This document shows, piece by piece, positions 1-12,828 of a DNA stretch of 64,000 nt. The translations under genes were made by a program, and so were the position numbers. The stretch lies in the NCBI GenBank assembly GCA_040954595.2, contig CM082581.2, positions 5,510,699 to 5,574,698 on the forward strand. Direction: 5' to 3'. This DNA comes from Balanoglossus misakiensis (Eukaryota; Animalia; Hemichordata). Below the pieces are notes generated by a model. The model made no database searches and was not told the origin of the DNA. It saw only the letters and a program-made list of their open reading frames with translations. How positions within the stretch are numbered: position 1 is the stretch's first letter; the number at the start of each line of letters is the position of its first letter.

Positions 1-1091
1 AAAATCTCGGATAAGCCAATGACTACACGACTGGGGGTAATTGCAAGCCACAATTTGATTAATACCGGTTGCAATATACACCGGACAAATACTTAATCAA
101 GTTTCTTTTTAAATTAAGCTATCGATGTCGGAGGTATGTTTCAATGTAAACACAGTAAAGTGATTAGCAAAACGAAACGTCTAAATTCATAAAGAGGGAA
201 AATATCACTTTGGAGTCCGCTGACCCTCTTCATCTTGACTATGAATTATTGGCTGGCATCATGCGAATAATATTAAATTAAGTTAAATATGACGAATATG
301 TTTTGATTTTCTTACCCGGTATTTGCGTCACGGTGTATACGTTAAACACAACACAGCCTGTAACTTTGAACTAGAGTTAATAGAAATGTAGGGTTTAATC
401 AGTTTTTGCGGCAGCTGGGATCACCCGCGATGATAGAAAGATAAAAAAAATACTGGTATCCCCTCTAGATGACTTGACAAAGCGGGGCAATATCAACATT
501 TCACATGGCACATCCGATTCTTTGAAGCAAACCCCGATGTCGACATACAATACACGTCAATCACAACGACATTGTTAAACAAGAGTTCAACCAAAGTCAA
601 TATTTTCCCTAAAACAAAATCATACCGTCATCAGTACAAACCAGTCTCAATTACTGAGAAATGGAAACTGCATTGTTTACTGGAATTAATGAATTTGCCG
701 CCATGTTGACGGACTGCATTGGGAGCACTCTGTCACTGATACTCAATTAAAAGCCGTCCGCAGGTGAAAACAACGTTATTGCATGTGCAAATGCTGTCAC
801 AAATTTTGCGTAAAAAACTGACATGAAATAGCGGTATGGAAAGTTGGCGGGAGATTAAAGCTTACGAGTCACAGATGGCGTGACCTTCGCAAGAATAAAC
901 TTTTAATCGTGTCACCTCTTTTATTCCGTTTCAATGGAAATTTTATAAATGTTGTCAATAAAAGCCATAGTGTGAACATGAAAAGTTTGTACCGGGATCA
1001 AATCAAAAATAAATATATCATATAGAGAATTTATGGAATGATGACAACTACTGGAGATACAGCGTGGAATATTACATCATGCGGACGACAG

Positions 1092-1215
1092 CATGTGTCG
1101 TGATATGACATGACATGCTATGATACACGGTGCACGGAAAACACATACATTTTTAGGACGTGACATAGTGTTCATGTAGCACGATATCACATGACGTCAC
1201 GTGACGCGAGATGAT
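1092..1215. repeat. Degenerate pentamer-period low-complexity repeat (ATGAC/GTGAC/ACGAT-like)
   Basis: Runs such as gtgatatgacatgacatgctatgatacacg and acgatatcacatgacgtcacgtgacgcgag show a decayed 5-bp periodicity. Confidence 0.4.
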
Positions 1216-4067
1216 GCACATAAACTATACAATGACCCAACTTTGTATTCTTACATTCTGTCAATGAATTTCGCCACGAGACATAATTGCAATATCATTT
1301 GTGGGCGCTCCCATCATGTATTGATATGCAACGCGTTCTCATCCCGCATTTCCCGACAACGTGGAACGGTCATTTGTCTCGTGTATCATTTCCGTGAGCA
1401 TTTTTTATGCACTCGTTCTGATGTACACCTCTCGTTCAATAATGCTGTTTCCTTCTTTGTTATCGTGCACTGGGTAATGTTTTAAGTCGTTACCCGGTAC
1501 TCCGATATACACTCACAGGTAATTGGAAAGTACACCTACATGTATATGATTTATTTCCTGCCTTTGCCGTGATGTGGCAGGCAACGGCAACGATTGGCGA
1601 GTTTACGTTCTAACAGAAACTTTTATTCCAAATTTGCATCGCTGTGCTCCAGTTGAGGAAAGGTCGTTTAACTCTGTAAACCGAAGATGTGCCAAACGGC
1701 ACGCAAACGGAACCAGCGATATCCACAGTGATTTCCTCAGTTCTTCCTGTTTGCGCGTTCGATCTTATCACTCTCCAGTGGCCGACGGCATTGCCGTACA
1801 AAATAATATGCTCGCGTCGGGCAAAACAAAATGTGTTTCCGATGGCGTTTTCGGTGGAGGTTCGAACTCACCCAAATTTATACTGCAGACTGCATGAACG
1901 CTCGCCACTTGCAAGTGTGAGCTGCGGTAGACAGACATATTCGCATGTTTCGCGCGTGGTTAGGATCAGCGGTACCAGTGAGACAATGCGCGTGCACTAC
2001 TGGACAGGATCCTTTAAATTGAAACATTCGCTTGATTAAAGTGGATTACCACTGGCACAATACCCTTAATTGCACATTGATAAGAGAATTATGCACACCG
2101 AGAGTGTGCAAATCAACAATATGCCGCGTTTTAATCGCCACGACCCAAAATAAAGTCATGGCCGCGAAAAACCCCAAAAACAACCGCTTCACAGATGTCT
2201 GTTAGGCAGTGGATGCTCAAACAAAACTATAAATTTGCACCAGCCACCTCTAATACAACTTATACAAGAAATGGGTATTCAAAGCGAATAGCATAGATTA
2301 GGGTATCTGTACAAGCAGACTCACTTTCTGAATTGACTGAGATCCGACCTTTGACACAAGCCGAGCAGGGCGCCACTGAGCTCCGGCAGATGATGAAAAC
2401 AGCCCGCAACTGAGCATTTACTCGACGCCGGGGCTTATGAAATGCTGGCAGTTGTGCGGAGCAAAATGCGGGCGAAGTGCGACGACAGTGTCATGGAAAT
2501 TCTGGCATTTGATGAAAAGGCCGTCAGCAACGCTCTTGAAAAATAAGAAATATGCGACACAAAAATTGAAGCTCCTGTTTGGAGAAATGTTAAAAGTTTC
2601 TAATGTGTAAAACGCAAAATAAACGAGTGAATGTTGGCATTTTTTTGGCATTTCCGCTCTGATGCAGAATTTTGTTTTCGCTGGTCGCTGTCTGTTCATC
2701 AGTGGAAATTGATTACGAATATGAATTTAGACATAATTAGATTCTGTCTGGATAATCGAATATTATAATTATTATAGCACCAGATTAAAAACAGAAACGT
2801 CAGTTTTGCAATTATATTAGCAACTATTGAACTCACTTTATGACCAGACGGTGGCACTCCTGACTGTATATACAGAGCTATTCTGGCATACATTAATTTC
2901 GATCATTAAATGTTCACTTTCTCGTTTTGAAACGTTTTAAGTCGATCAATAATAATTCGTAACCAACTACCAGCAATAAACCTCAGTAGGGCTAGTACTG
3001 GTATGAGTATCCCGCGTGGACTACAAAGGGATGACGTCGTATTGCTCTAAATTTTCGTTTTAACTTTTTGACACAATTGCAAGAATTGCGTCGCCCATGT
3101 CGCTCTACCGCGCCACTGCACGCAATGAGCAAACTACACGACACTTTTCAACAAGCCTACGCGTACATTGTAAAGTAACTCGGGACAACTCGGGTCGTTC
3201 CGCAGCAGTGCTCGAGACCACTTTTTGGTCATCTTGGCGGATAAATTTGAGCTTTGCCTGTTTGTTGCGCTTATACTCGAATTGCATATAATTATACTTT
3301 ACGTTTTAGAGCGCAACCAGCTACACACAACAATGATATGCAAATGCTTTTTACCATAATGGCTTCACCGTCGACCTTTGTTAGCAACATTGGCAGGTAT
3401 GTATTCCCTAGAGGCCAATCAGTGCCACGTGTGATCAGGCAAGTTTAATTAAACGTAGCTCACGATAAAGTCACTTTTCATCATACAAAACATGATATAA
3501 GTATATGATGCGCCAAATCAATAACATGTCTTGTCCTATTTTTCTTGTCTTACCAGGACTGGGAACAGTAATACATTTTGACCACTGTTTTTGATCATGA
3601 CATTTTCACGTTTGAAAAGCCCATTTGCCGATTTCATGTTTACGAAATATTTGCCGTGGAAGCGTAAATAGTACGGCCTTACTCGCTTATTCGACAATAT
3701 GCCCACGCCCTAAAAGACAAACATTACTACAGTTTTGCAAATGGAACTCGCAGCTGTCGGTGAAAATGAAAACAAAGTAGTCATTGCGTGGCTCACTGCT
3801 ACGACACCCATCAAGTACTTATTTTAATCAGGCGCTTCAGGACAGATAGGGTGCGTGCGCAGAATGTTTGTGGTTTGGTCACTCAAGCGCAACGTTTTCC
3901 CCTCTCAGTGTAGCCACAAGCGATGCTGCAACTTGGCATATGTTTGGTTCCTACTCAGTTTTCTACGTGGGAAATACTTACGTACATGTAACCTCGACGA
4001 ATATTGTGATTGCCTCATTTATCTAAACTGTAAACTTACTGTAATATAAACACGACTTGTTTCAATC

Positions 4068-4195
4068 TACACACCCCAAGTTTAGCGCCTTCACACACCC
4101 TCCATGAATTCGAACTCAAAGCGAGGCCCATGGGGAAACGTTGACCAATCATATCAAGGAGACTGTGAGGGCGCTATATTTATGAAAAGGGTGTA
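4068..4195. mobile_element. Decayed MITE-like element with inverted termini
   Basis: tagcgccttcaca (4083-4095) is a 12/13 inverted match to tgtgagggcgcta (4164-4176). The outer tacac..ccc (4068) and gggtgta (4189-4195) partly extend the inverted repeat. No clear TSD. Confidence 0.4.
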
Positions 4196-5311
4196 TCGGT
4201 TCTTCAACTTGAATGCTTTTGTCTTCCTTCTTTTCTGGAAGAAATTATTTTCATGCTTTACGTTAAATTAAGTTATATTAGACTTTCACTTTCAATTATC
4301 ATCGTAGCGATAACCTTGTGTTAAATCTATACATGGACCGTACCAGTAGATAAATACCAAATCAAGGTCCCAGTTAACAGATCATTATTATCCTGCATTT
4401 ACTAAACTAATCATAGTCCTAAAGATGACGACTTTCTCCCAGTAAATAATTAAATATTTTTGATATCAGCATACATACTTTTAATTGGTTTTATTTCAAC
4501 AATTTATGGGAAATAAACTTCCATTCCGACAAGTATAATTTCGATTAGTCTGACACAAATACCGTAAATAATTGCACGCTCACCTCAACAGACAAGGTCA
4601 CTTTGAAATGTCCATATTTATCAGTACCTGTGTTTCCTTCTTACGTACTGTGATATAACTAGCCACACAACATCGAAACACACAGTGAGATTTCACGAGC
4701 GGGTAAGTGGGGTATATTCCCCCCTGTTGGTTGTGGAAACAAACACATTTGCCCCCAATTTTAGTGTTATTTCTAGCCGGGCTGTTCCCTCCTCATCTAT
4801 TATGCGCACGCTATATCACCTAATCCGAAACATACAGAACTTATAAAAGGGGAAAATATATGACGCATGTTTACTAAGTTAAAAACAAATACCGAGGGCA
4901 AGACAGATATGATGTACATGTATACACTTTAATTGTCTGACTTGTCAGCTGTTTGCCTTACGACAATTTGTCAAAGGTTTCTCCAATTATCGGAAAAATA
5001 CGTGCTCCCAAGACAAAATGATTATTAACTAGCGTATTATCACTCTAAAATTTCCAATTTTAGCCGAAGGCTTGGTCAACGTTTCACTATAATCCCGTCA
5101 TGTGCACGTCCCCAATGCAGCAGATTGCACATCTTTAGGAAGATAAACGACGTTATTACAAGAATAAAAAGCATTCACGTGACCCATACAATTCGTTATT
5201 TTCATAATATAAGGGCACTTTACATTTTCCCGAGTTTTATCTGTACTGCAGTGCACTGTATTGTTCTGTATTGTACTATCCTTGAGTGCGCTGATCTACA
5301 TTACTGCAATG

Positions 5312-5573
5312 ATTGTATTGTATTGTATTGTGTTGTGTTGTGTTGTGTTGTGTTGTGTTGTGTTGTGTTGTGTTGTGTTGTGTTGTGTTGTGTTGTATTG
5401 TATTGTATTGTACTGTACTGTACTGTACTGTACTGTACTGTACTGTACTGTACTGTACTGTACTGTACTGTACTGTACTGTACTGTACTGTACTGTATTG
5501 TATTGTTTTGTATTGTATTGTATTGTATTGTATTGTATTGTATTGTATTGTATTGTATTGTATTGTATTGTAT
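5312..5573. repeat. Compound pentanucleotide microsatellite (TGTAT)/(TGTGT)/(TGTAC)
   Basis: Directly visible blocks in the order TGTAT, TGTGT, TGTAT, TGTAC, TGTAT, with a degenerate extension from about 5242. It generates the VLCCV/TVLYC/NTIQY pseudo-ORFs. Confidence 0.97.
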
Positions 5574-7380
5574 GCGTTCACATTTATAACCGATTGATTT
5601 TTTTCGAATTGGCCAGTGTTACCTTCAAGCATTTTAATCGATCATGACTGAAACATGTTTGGCATGAGACCTCTGATATCACAGCTTGCCAAAGAAAATG
5701 TATTATGCAGCCTATAAAAGTGTTACTTGAATCCTTTATCGTACATTTATTCCGCCCAAGAGCACACAGCGTCACATGGTCCCAACATGTGGTCGTTGGG
5801 TGTTTTCATAACCGAAACATGAATTGCGGTTGTTTTCATTCAAGTGAGGATATATATTTTTTCCCTTTTTAAGATATTGAAAGCTGACATTGTGAGCCGT
5901 TTTTATTTTGGAGTGTTTTGAATTGACCAATTGTTTGCAATCAGACACGCGTGCTTCGTCTGTGTGTAACGAGGATATGTACTGTATATACAGATCAAAT
6001 ATGGAAATTGACAAAGACATATTTGAAATGCGAGAAAAATCATACATATCAATTTTGATAGTCAATGCATGCACACAATATAATCCGACTGGTGAATTCG
6101 CGAGGCAATAACTGTAAACGCTTTTCTCGGCGATTTCGGTCAAACAACAAAAGTTTAATTTCGTGAAGTGATCAGGGATTCAATGGAGTCACTAAAATAG
6201 CTGCTGGAATTCGGATGTAACTCGGCGGAACGGGGGTTGACATCGCAATCGAAGGATTACGTGTGCTGGCAGGAAAGCCAGGCCAGCGTGGCCTCCATAA
6301 TCGTGTAATACGGGGCGTCATCTGCGTTGCGAAAACGGCTCTCGCTCGATGGATGCAGACGAAGGTGGTGAATACTAGTATGTCGTTCTTTACCATGGCA
6401 CCCCATATACATGATGGAAACAGTGCAGTGACGGCCTGACACTTAAGTTAAATGTCTCATTCCGAATACATCGGCGTAAACCTTTGACAATTTACTCGGT
6501 CTTCCCAGTGTCCATTTTGACTCCGGTATTGTATTACTTTAAAGATACGGAAGAAATACGCGATTTGAAATTTATGGAGATGGATCGACAATATGAATCA
6601 GGACAACAGCTGAGCTTCACTGTTTTAGTCTATTTGTGCCTAGTTCCTGCCACCAGACAAACGTGTTCTCTTTGTCGGCGTAACGTTCTGATAACCCGTC
6701 ATATTACGGGATTAATTATGCCAGGGGACTAAAAATAGAAGGTTATTGTGACCCATGTTAACTGTCGCCTTTCTGTGGCCGATGTTAAGGTGGCAATGTC
6801 TACATTAACGGTAGAATGCAGCAATCAGCCAACCTTTTTATCTCTTTTTGAACATATCATAAAAAGGGTAATGCACTTTCAATAAATGAATATTGAACGT
6901 TAATAATCTTGTATAATTCACCTGTCACTTCCTTATAAAGGTACAGAGTTAGCAATGAAGAGATTGCATTGTGGCGCGTGGCGGAGTCGAAAGTACTTTT
7001 TAAGTCCAGTAATTGTGAAAATAACGAGAATAATTGGCGCCAACTCGTCATAACACATTTTTACAGCGTGTGCGCCAATACAATACAAAGCGGAGATCCG
7101 TTACAGGTAAGGGAATACGACCGTGTTCGTGTGGCGGGCTGTCCTTCGAGCGTGGCATTTGCAATGTTTGTGGTTACCATATAACTTATCAGAACACCAA
7201 TTTTCAACGTTCTAATGAGGACACACACGTCCAAACAAGCACCAGGTCATACGCAAAGAAACACGAAGCATATGCGCCCCCGCCACCAGAAGGCAGCAAG
7301 CAATTACTATAGATGCATACATGATAGTCGTTACAGTAATATGGCGGGAAATGAAATGTTGACAGTCAGATTGACCTTAC

Positions 7381-7634
7381 CTGTTTGCCGGCCTGCCCAC
7401 GCAGCAGTTCACTGTATCACGGTCTTCAATGACGGAATGTTCCTGTGCCCTGGGGGAACCTGGGTTCGCCGACTCTCTGAAGTTTGCCAAGAGTTCTTCA
7501 GGGACGCACCGGCAGTGTACACTGCGTGTATTTAGCGCTCCGGTTTGACGACGACGACGGCAGCGATCTCTCGGTCTCGACGGGCCGAATATCAACCAGA
7601 CTGTCCGCTGCTTGTATCAGCCAGCAAGTGAGAT
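7381..7634 (-). other. Candidate non-coding (5'UTR or lncRNA) internal exon, 254 nt
   Basis: Minus-strand acceptor atgttttgtctcgtttgtag| and donor CAG|GTAAGG bracket a GC-richer segment with stops in all three frames and no ATG. Confidence 0.4.
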
Positions 7635-9236
7635 CTACAAACGAGACAAAACATGCGACATCCCGATCAGAACGATCGCCTGATACACGTATGGCTTGGT
7701 GGCCGAACGCTTAACACATTTAACGCATATGTGGTAAACACTGCATCATTATCAGCTGTTTCTCAATCCGTTTGACATTTTTCATTGAGTTAGGGGCTCA
7801 TTAACACTCGCGCTGATGTCCTTTGCATTCCATGATCTTATGACAAAGAATGACGTAATATATATTGAATTGATTAGATATTGTATGTCTAATTGAAATA
7901 ACTCAATTTTTCACGAACCGAAACTCAACACTACTTTGCTCCTTCCATCTGAAAAAAAATGTGTTGGTGCCTTTTCATTGTCAAAATTTTCACTTATTCG
8001 AAAGTCAATATATTATTTCACTGAACAGATGCAAATTTGCAAGTAACGGCGTAAAGCCTTTAGTGTTCACGACAGAAACAATACTAGTTCACGGTGCATA
8101 AATTATCACATTCATCGATTTCCCATCTTCAAGGACACTTTTCATTACCGCGATGTTATGTTGGTTTACTGCAGCAAAATTCGACCTTAACGCCGTTTGA
8201 ATGTGACCGTGAATTTAAAGGGCAACGTTACAGAATGTCAGGTACACTGGGAACCACCGAAGAACTCTCCTCCCAGTCTGTCTTACAGCAAACAGGACGA
8301 CTTTCACACGTCAGCGCGGTTATAAATTACGCTGACAAACGTAATGAAATCTGCGGGTACGACGACAATTCGACGGATTAGCTAAGTTGCCGAATGTCAG
8401 CACTTTCTGCGTTACCATTTTGCCAGAGACTCCGTACGCTACTTCTGCTGTTGGCCTATATTATTTTGTTGGATATATAGCCACAGAGGCATACTGTATC
8501 ACTGCCCGAATCGTAAAATACAGAGTAGCGTTTTGCGGAAGCCCGTCTTTCTGTAATGTTTTACCTGGTGGAATTATAGTTATACCACATGTAGGTCATC
8601 GACCGCTTCAAACACGTTATCTTGTGTATTAACACTACTCCTGTTTTCAAACACTCGTTTGGCACTTCTGGATTAAAGTTATACATGTACAGGTGGATTG
8701 AGAGGTCCTACCATTTCGTCACAAAAAATGTCGTTTATAAACAGTGAAAGGGCACATACGTGTTCAGATGACAGGTGGGCGTATATTAAGGTGTTCCATG
8801 TAACGCTATCACTTATCTCCTCAACACACGCTCCCCGCCTTAAAGTGAAAGGGCCACGGCCGACAATACCAACGCAGTGTTTACCAGCATCTTTTTCTCC
8901 TCGTGCTGTTTACAGGTCTTCATGGTTAAAATTAAAATTGACCCGTCCTTTTCTGTGCGTGTATGGTTTTGATCATATTAACAATCCCCTGCGTTATTGA
9001 ATAAATTTCAAGAAAGCTAGCGGGCCTGTTTTTTTCTAAACGAAGGCCTACGCCGATGGGACAAAGGTATTTTCATTTGATGGATGGCACTCGATATCAA
9101 GTATCATCTTAAATGTGGTATTAATTAACGCAGGTGAGTCGTTGAGTCGTCGATTAATGACTGTGGGTGTTTTGTCATTACACGAAAGATGGCTTAATGG
9201 CGTGAAACTATTTTCTAATCAGTTTCAAAACACGAT

Positions 9237-9263
9237 AATGAAATGAAATGGAATGGAATGGAA
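9237..9263. repeat. Short (AATGA)/(AATGG) pentamer repeat
   Basis: aatgaaatgaaatggaatggaatggaa. Confidence 0.6.
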
Positions 9264-10954
9264 AGGATCTATCGCTGAATCATGATGCTGTGTAAATGCA
9301 AACCACGAGAGTCCACCGTCGGGTCGTCGCCGCAATACGCTCCAATTATGAGCTCATTGCAGGCAATGCGTCCATCTCGCCATAGCCACTTCTCTGAAGT
9401 GCTTAACGAAAAAAACAACTCCCTGAAATATCATTTCGACCCCAGCACCCGCCCACACGCTCAGCGCTTTCCCCATTGTGAACGAGTCAACCCTGGCAAT
9501 CTAAATATTTGTCAAGCCTCTCCCGTTAAATGTCAAAAGTTTAATTATCAAAATCCTCAATTTGCGCGCATAAAAACAAGTCGCCACCTGTACCTGTACA
9601 GGGGCGTCGCGTCATCACGTATGTGTCCGATACTGTCAGTGACGTATTCTGACTAATAGTAATATTCGGCGTCCACGCGCATCACATTGTCGCAGGCAAT
9701 TCCACTTCTGTCTACGTGAAGTCGGCACAATTAACACATTATGGTTTCAAACGTGCATAGCTGCACTTTTTATATATGGATAAGAATATCTGGATGTCTG
9801 ACCACAAATCGGCAGTCGCATCACGCCAGACAGAGAAATAAATAGATAATTACTTTCTGTGCAAGAACGATAACTATTACAATAATTCATCGCTTCAGGT
9901 TGATTTATGCTGCACATGTATGTAAATCTACATTACGTCATACATGTAGCTGAAAACGAGTCAGAAATATTTCCAGTTGCAGTGGTCCTTATACCCACGA
10001 TGTTCTGTTCTTTTACGCCGTATCGGTTTGAAATGTCTCTTATTTTTAGAAGCCGTGGCTTTTAGCAGCGCGACTCTGACGTTTATGATTATTAAACGAT
10101 AACAGGTACGCATGGATACAATATCGGCGGCAAACAGTATTAATACGTATGCTAGCACATGGGACCCATTCATTATTCATAAACTATGGACACCTAATTA
10201 TATTGTGCGATTCTTCGACGATGATGAAATATTCATATCTATTGGTTTATATAACAGGTACATGTATAGGTATACGTTGGCTGGCTTGGAAATATTAAGT
10301 ATTTATTTCAGTGGGTGAAATACTTGGAATTTTCAGTTTTAATGAGTTGACGCCACAGGGAAATGGGCGCTATGAACACATTGCCAATGAACGAAACCCG
10401 ACCCTGGTATAGTTAAACGTTGCATGTATAGGTATGTGTGAGTCATATCTAGTAAATAGACTGCTGGTTTGGCGTCTACACGTTCCTTATGGAAAGTCAC
10501 ACTTCTGTGAACAGAGACAGTCTCTGCGACCCCTCGGGAACGCTTCTCACAAACGAACGCCATTTGCCCGATACATATATAAATGGGATGTCACGTTTTA
10601 TCTGTGTTAATGCCTCAGTCAATAAATGAAGTAATCGTGGCACCTTTCTATAGACACGCTCGTAAATTCAGCGGCGTGCGTGAAACCGCCATCGGACGAC
10701 TTAGTTCGCATTTGATTTATCATATTAAAGACGCATGTAAATTTTAATCACTTTGATGTAATATTGCGCAAATTGATTGCGACCGAAGGTCTGTGCGTAA
10801 CCCCAAAAGCCCGTGAAATAGGCCTCTGTGTTAGAAGCGCCCTCTTTTAGAATGTTTAAGTGTTTAGAATGTGTATGTATTTTGCAATTTACACGTACAC
10901 GAACGCCATGTACGAATGTATACCATTGTAAAGAATCTATATAGATCGCATGCA

Positions 10955-11042
10955 TATTATGTATCTTGTATTATTACCGTATTGTACTGAATTGCATAGT
11001 AATGCAAGTAATAAAATGTATTAAAATGTAATGTATTGTATA
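10955..11042. repeat. Degenerate (TGTAT)-type AT-rich repeat
   Basis: tatgtatcttgtattattaccgtattgtactgaattgcatagtaatgc...tgtaatgtattgta; a decayed relative of the array at 5312. Confidence 0.4.
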
Positions 11043-12699
11043 TATTTGTGACTTTATATTTGTTTTGTGTGATAATCGATAGCGTCAAATTTTGATAAAC
11101 CAATCAATTCGCATTCGCAGCATTTTTGACGAACACTTTGCCCAGTCGCATTCAATTACATCCAGAAAACGTGTCAAGGGAACATCCTGACAGCTCACAC
11201 GGTATTCCACGAATAAGTCAAAGTCCACATGCCTGCAGGGTATGAGCGATATTTTCTGTCAGCAACGCGCAAACACTAAACAAAGCGAGAAGCGGGGCGA
11301 TGGTTCTGGTGGCACGGGCTCTATTAAGAGAGAATTACAAACGCGAGCGAGAAATCACTTGAGTGCATTATTTCTTGCAAAAAAAACATTGTTGAGTACA
11401 CTAAGCCCTCGGTTAGAGCGAAAACGGCTTATGAAAGCATTTGCATATCATATTTCAGAAACACATGCTCAATTCCCACGGAGGCACGGTCTCATTAGGA
11501 AGAGAAGCGAACTCGCAGTAAATGATTCATTAATAGGAAATTGAATGTGTTGATAACGAGACCGGGCTTATTGAATTATCGCCACCCGTGTCCTTTAAAA
11601 AGATCCGGCTCCTGCCACACGTTTTTGTACCTGGGATTATTGCGAATAGTCTTAAAATTAAATCATGCATGACGCGGCCATCATTAATATCATATTGCTA
11701 TTCGCCGTCGTGTTTATGACCACCGACGCATGCAGCTAAAGGGCTTTAGAAGGATCCCGCAAACACGAGTCCGTAAATCGAAATATGACTGTAGCGTTAT
11801 TTCCGGCTTGGCTAACTGCTCACTGCTTTCATTCAGAGTTGGAGAGCATCACATATCGTTTGTCACATGCCAAGCCGACGGGAAAATCGATAGCGCAGAC
11901 ACACGTTATCAATGGAGAGACGCGTTTCTGAGCACATTCATCTCGAAAAGTTGTTTCTGCAACGCTTGTGCAAACAGATTTTTTAAATAACAGAAAATAT
12001 TACGTGCTTTGCTTCACAATACCACCGCCGGTGTCGGTTTAAATACTTCACGCAAGGACTTATAGATAGTCAATTACCACAAGCACGGCAAACAGGCCGC
12101 GTCGGGAAACTTCAACTACGATCACTCCGCGGGGTGTTGAATAAAAAATAACAAATATCATTTGGACAAGTGCATATCTCCTTAAAAACGGTATTTCATG
12201 CATTGCAATATGGCTTACCGCTGAATTTAATATCTTGCCGCCAGTACTGGAACTTTTAACACACAGGCCAATTGGTATGCACAAACAACGGCGAGTAGAG
12301 TTGCATTATGTCGTTTAGTATATTATCCATGGATGGGAATTTCGCCACCATATTTTTTGACTGATCACGTGCAAATTCCTAAGCATAGAAACGAGGCCGG
12401 TATCCTACAGATATGTTTAGTTCTGTACATGTACATCAACTTTTTTCTTCAAAACTGAAATGCATGCTTTCGTGCTTGCCAACATGATCCGCGTAATGTG
12501 CGATATTACTGACCAATTAGCTTCAATTTAGGACCCGCGTGTTGTCGTCAACGTTACAAATGCTGGCAAATTAACCGTTGCCAGGCAATAAAACAACCTG
12601 TAGAGTTAGAGGGAACGAAGAAATATCAGAGATATGCTAAAAACGTTTTGCAGTCCAGGTTCCTTATATCATCACGGCCCTATATCGTCATATATTATG

Positions 12700-12796
<97 letters not shown>

Positions 12797-12828
12797 CATC
12801 ATCATTACTGTCGTCGTTGTCATCATCC
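12700..12828. repeat. (TCA)n trinucleotide microsatellite
   Basis: Near-perfect catcat run at 12700-12804 with a degenerate tail. It explains the poly-Ser and poly-Ile ORFs. Confidence 0.97.

Noticed and set aside
5125-5647. Cys/Val/Tyr-rich and NTIQY-repeat ORFs
   Set aside because: Translations of the pentamer microsatellite.
7034-7312. ORF with CxC...CxxC zinc-ribbon-like pattern
   Set aside because: Non-ATG start, short, and no other family features; likely chance.
8658-8725. Second TTTGGCAC miR-96-like start
   Set aside because: Downstream sequence pairs poorly; no credible hairpin.
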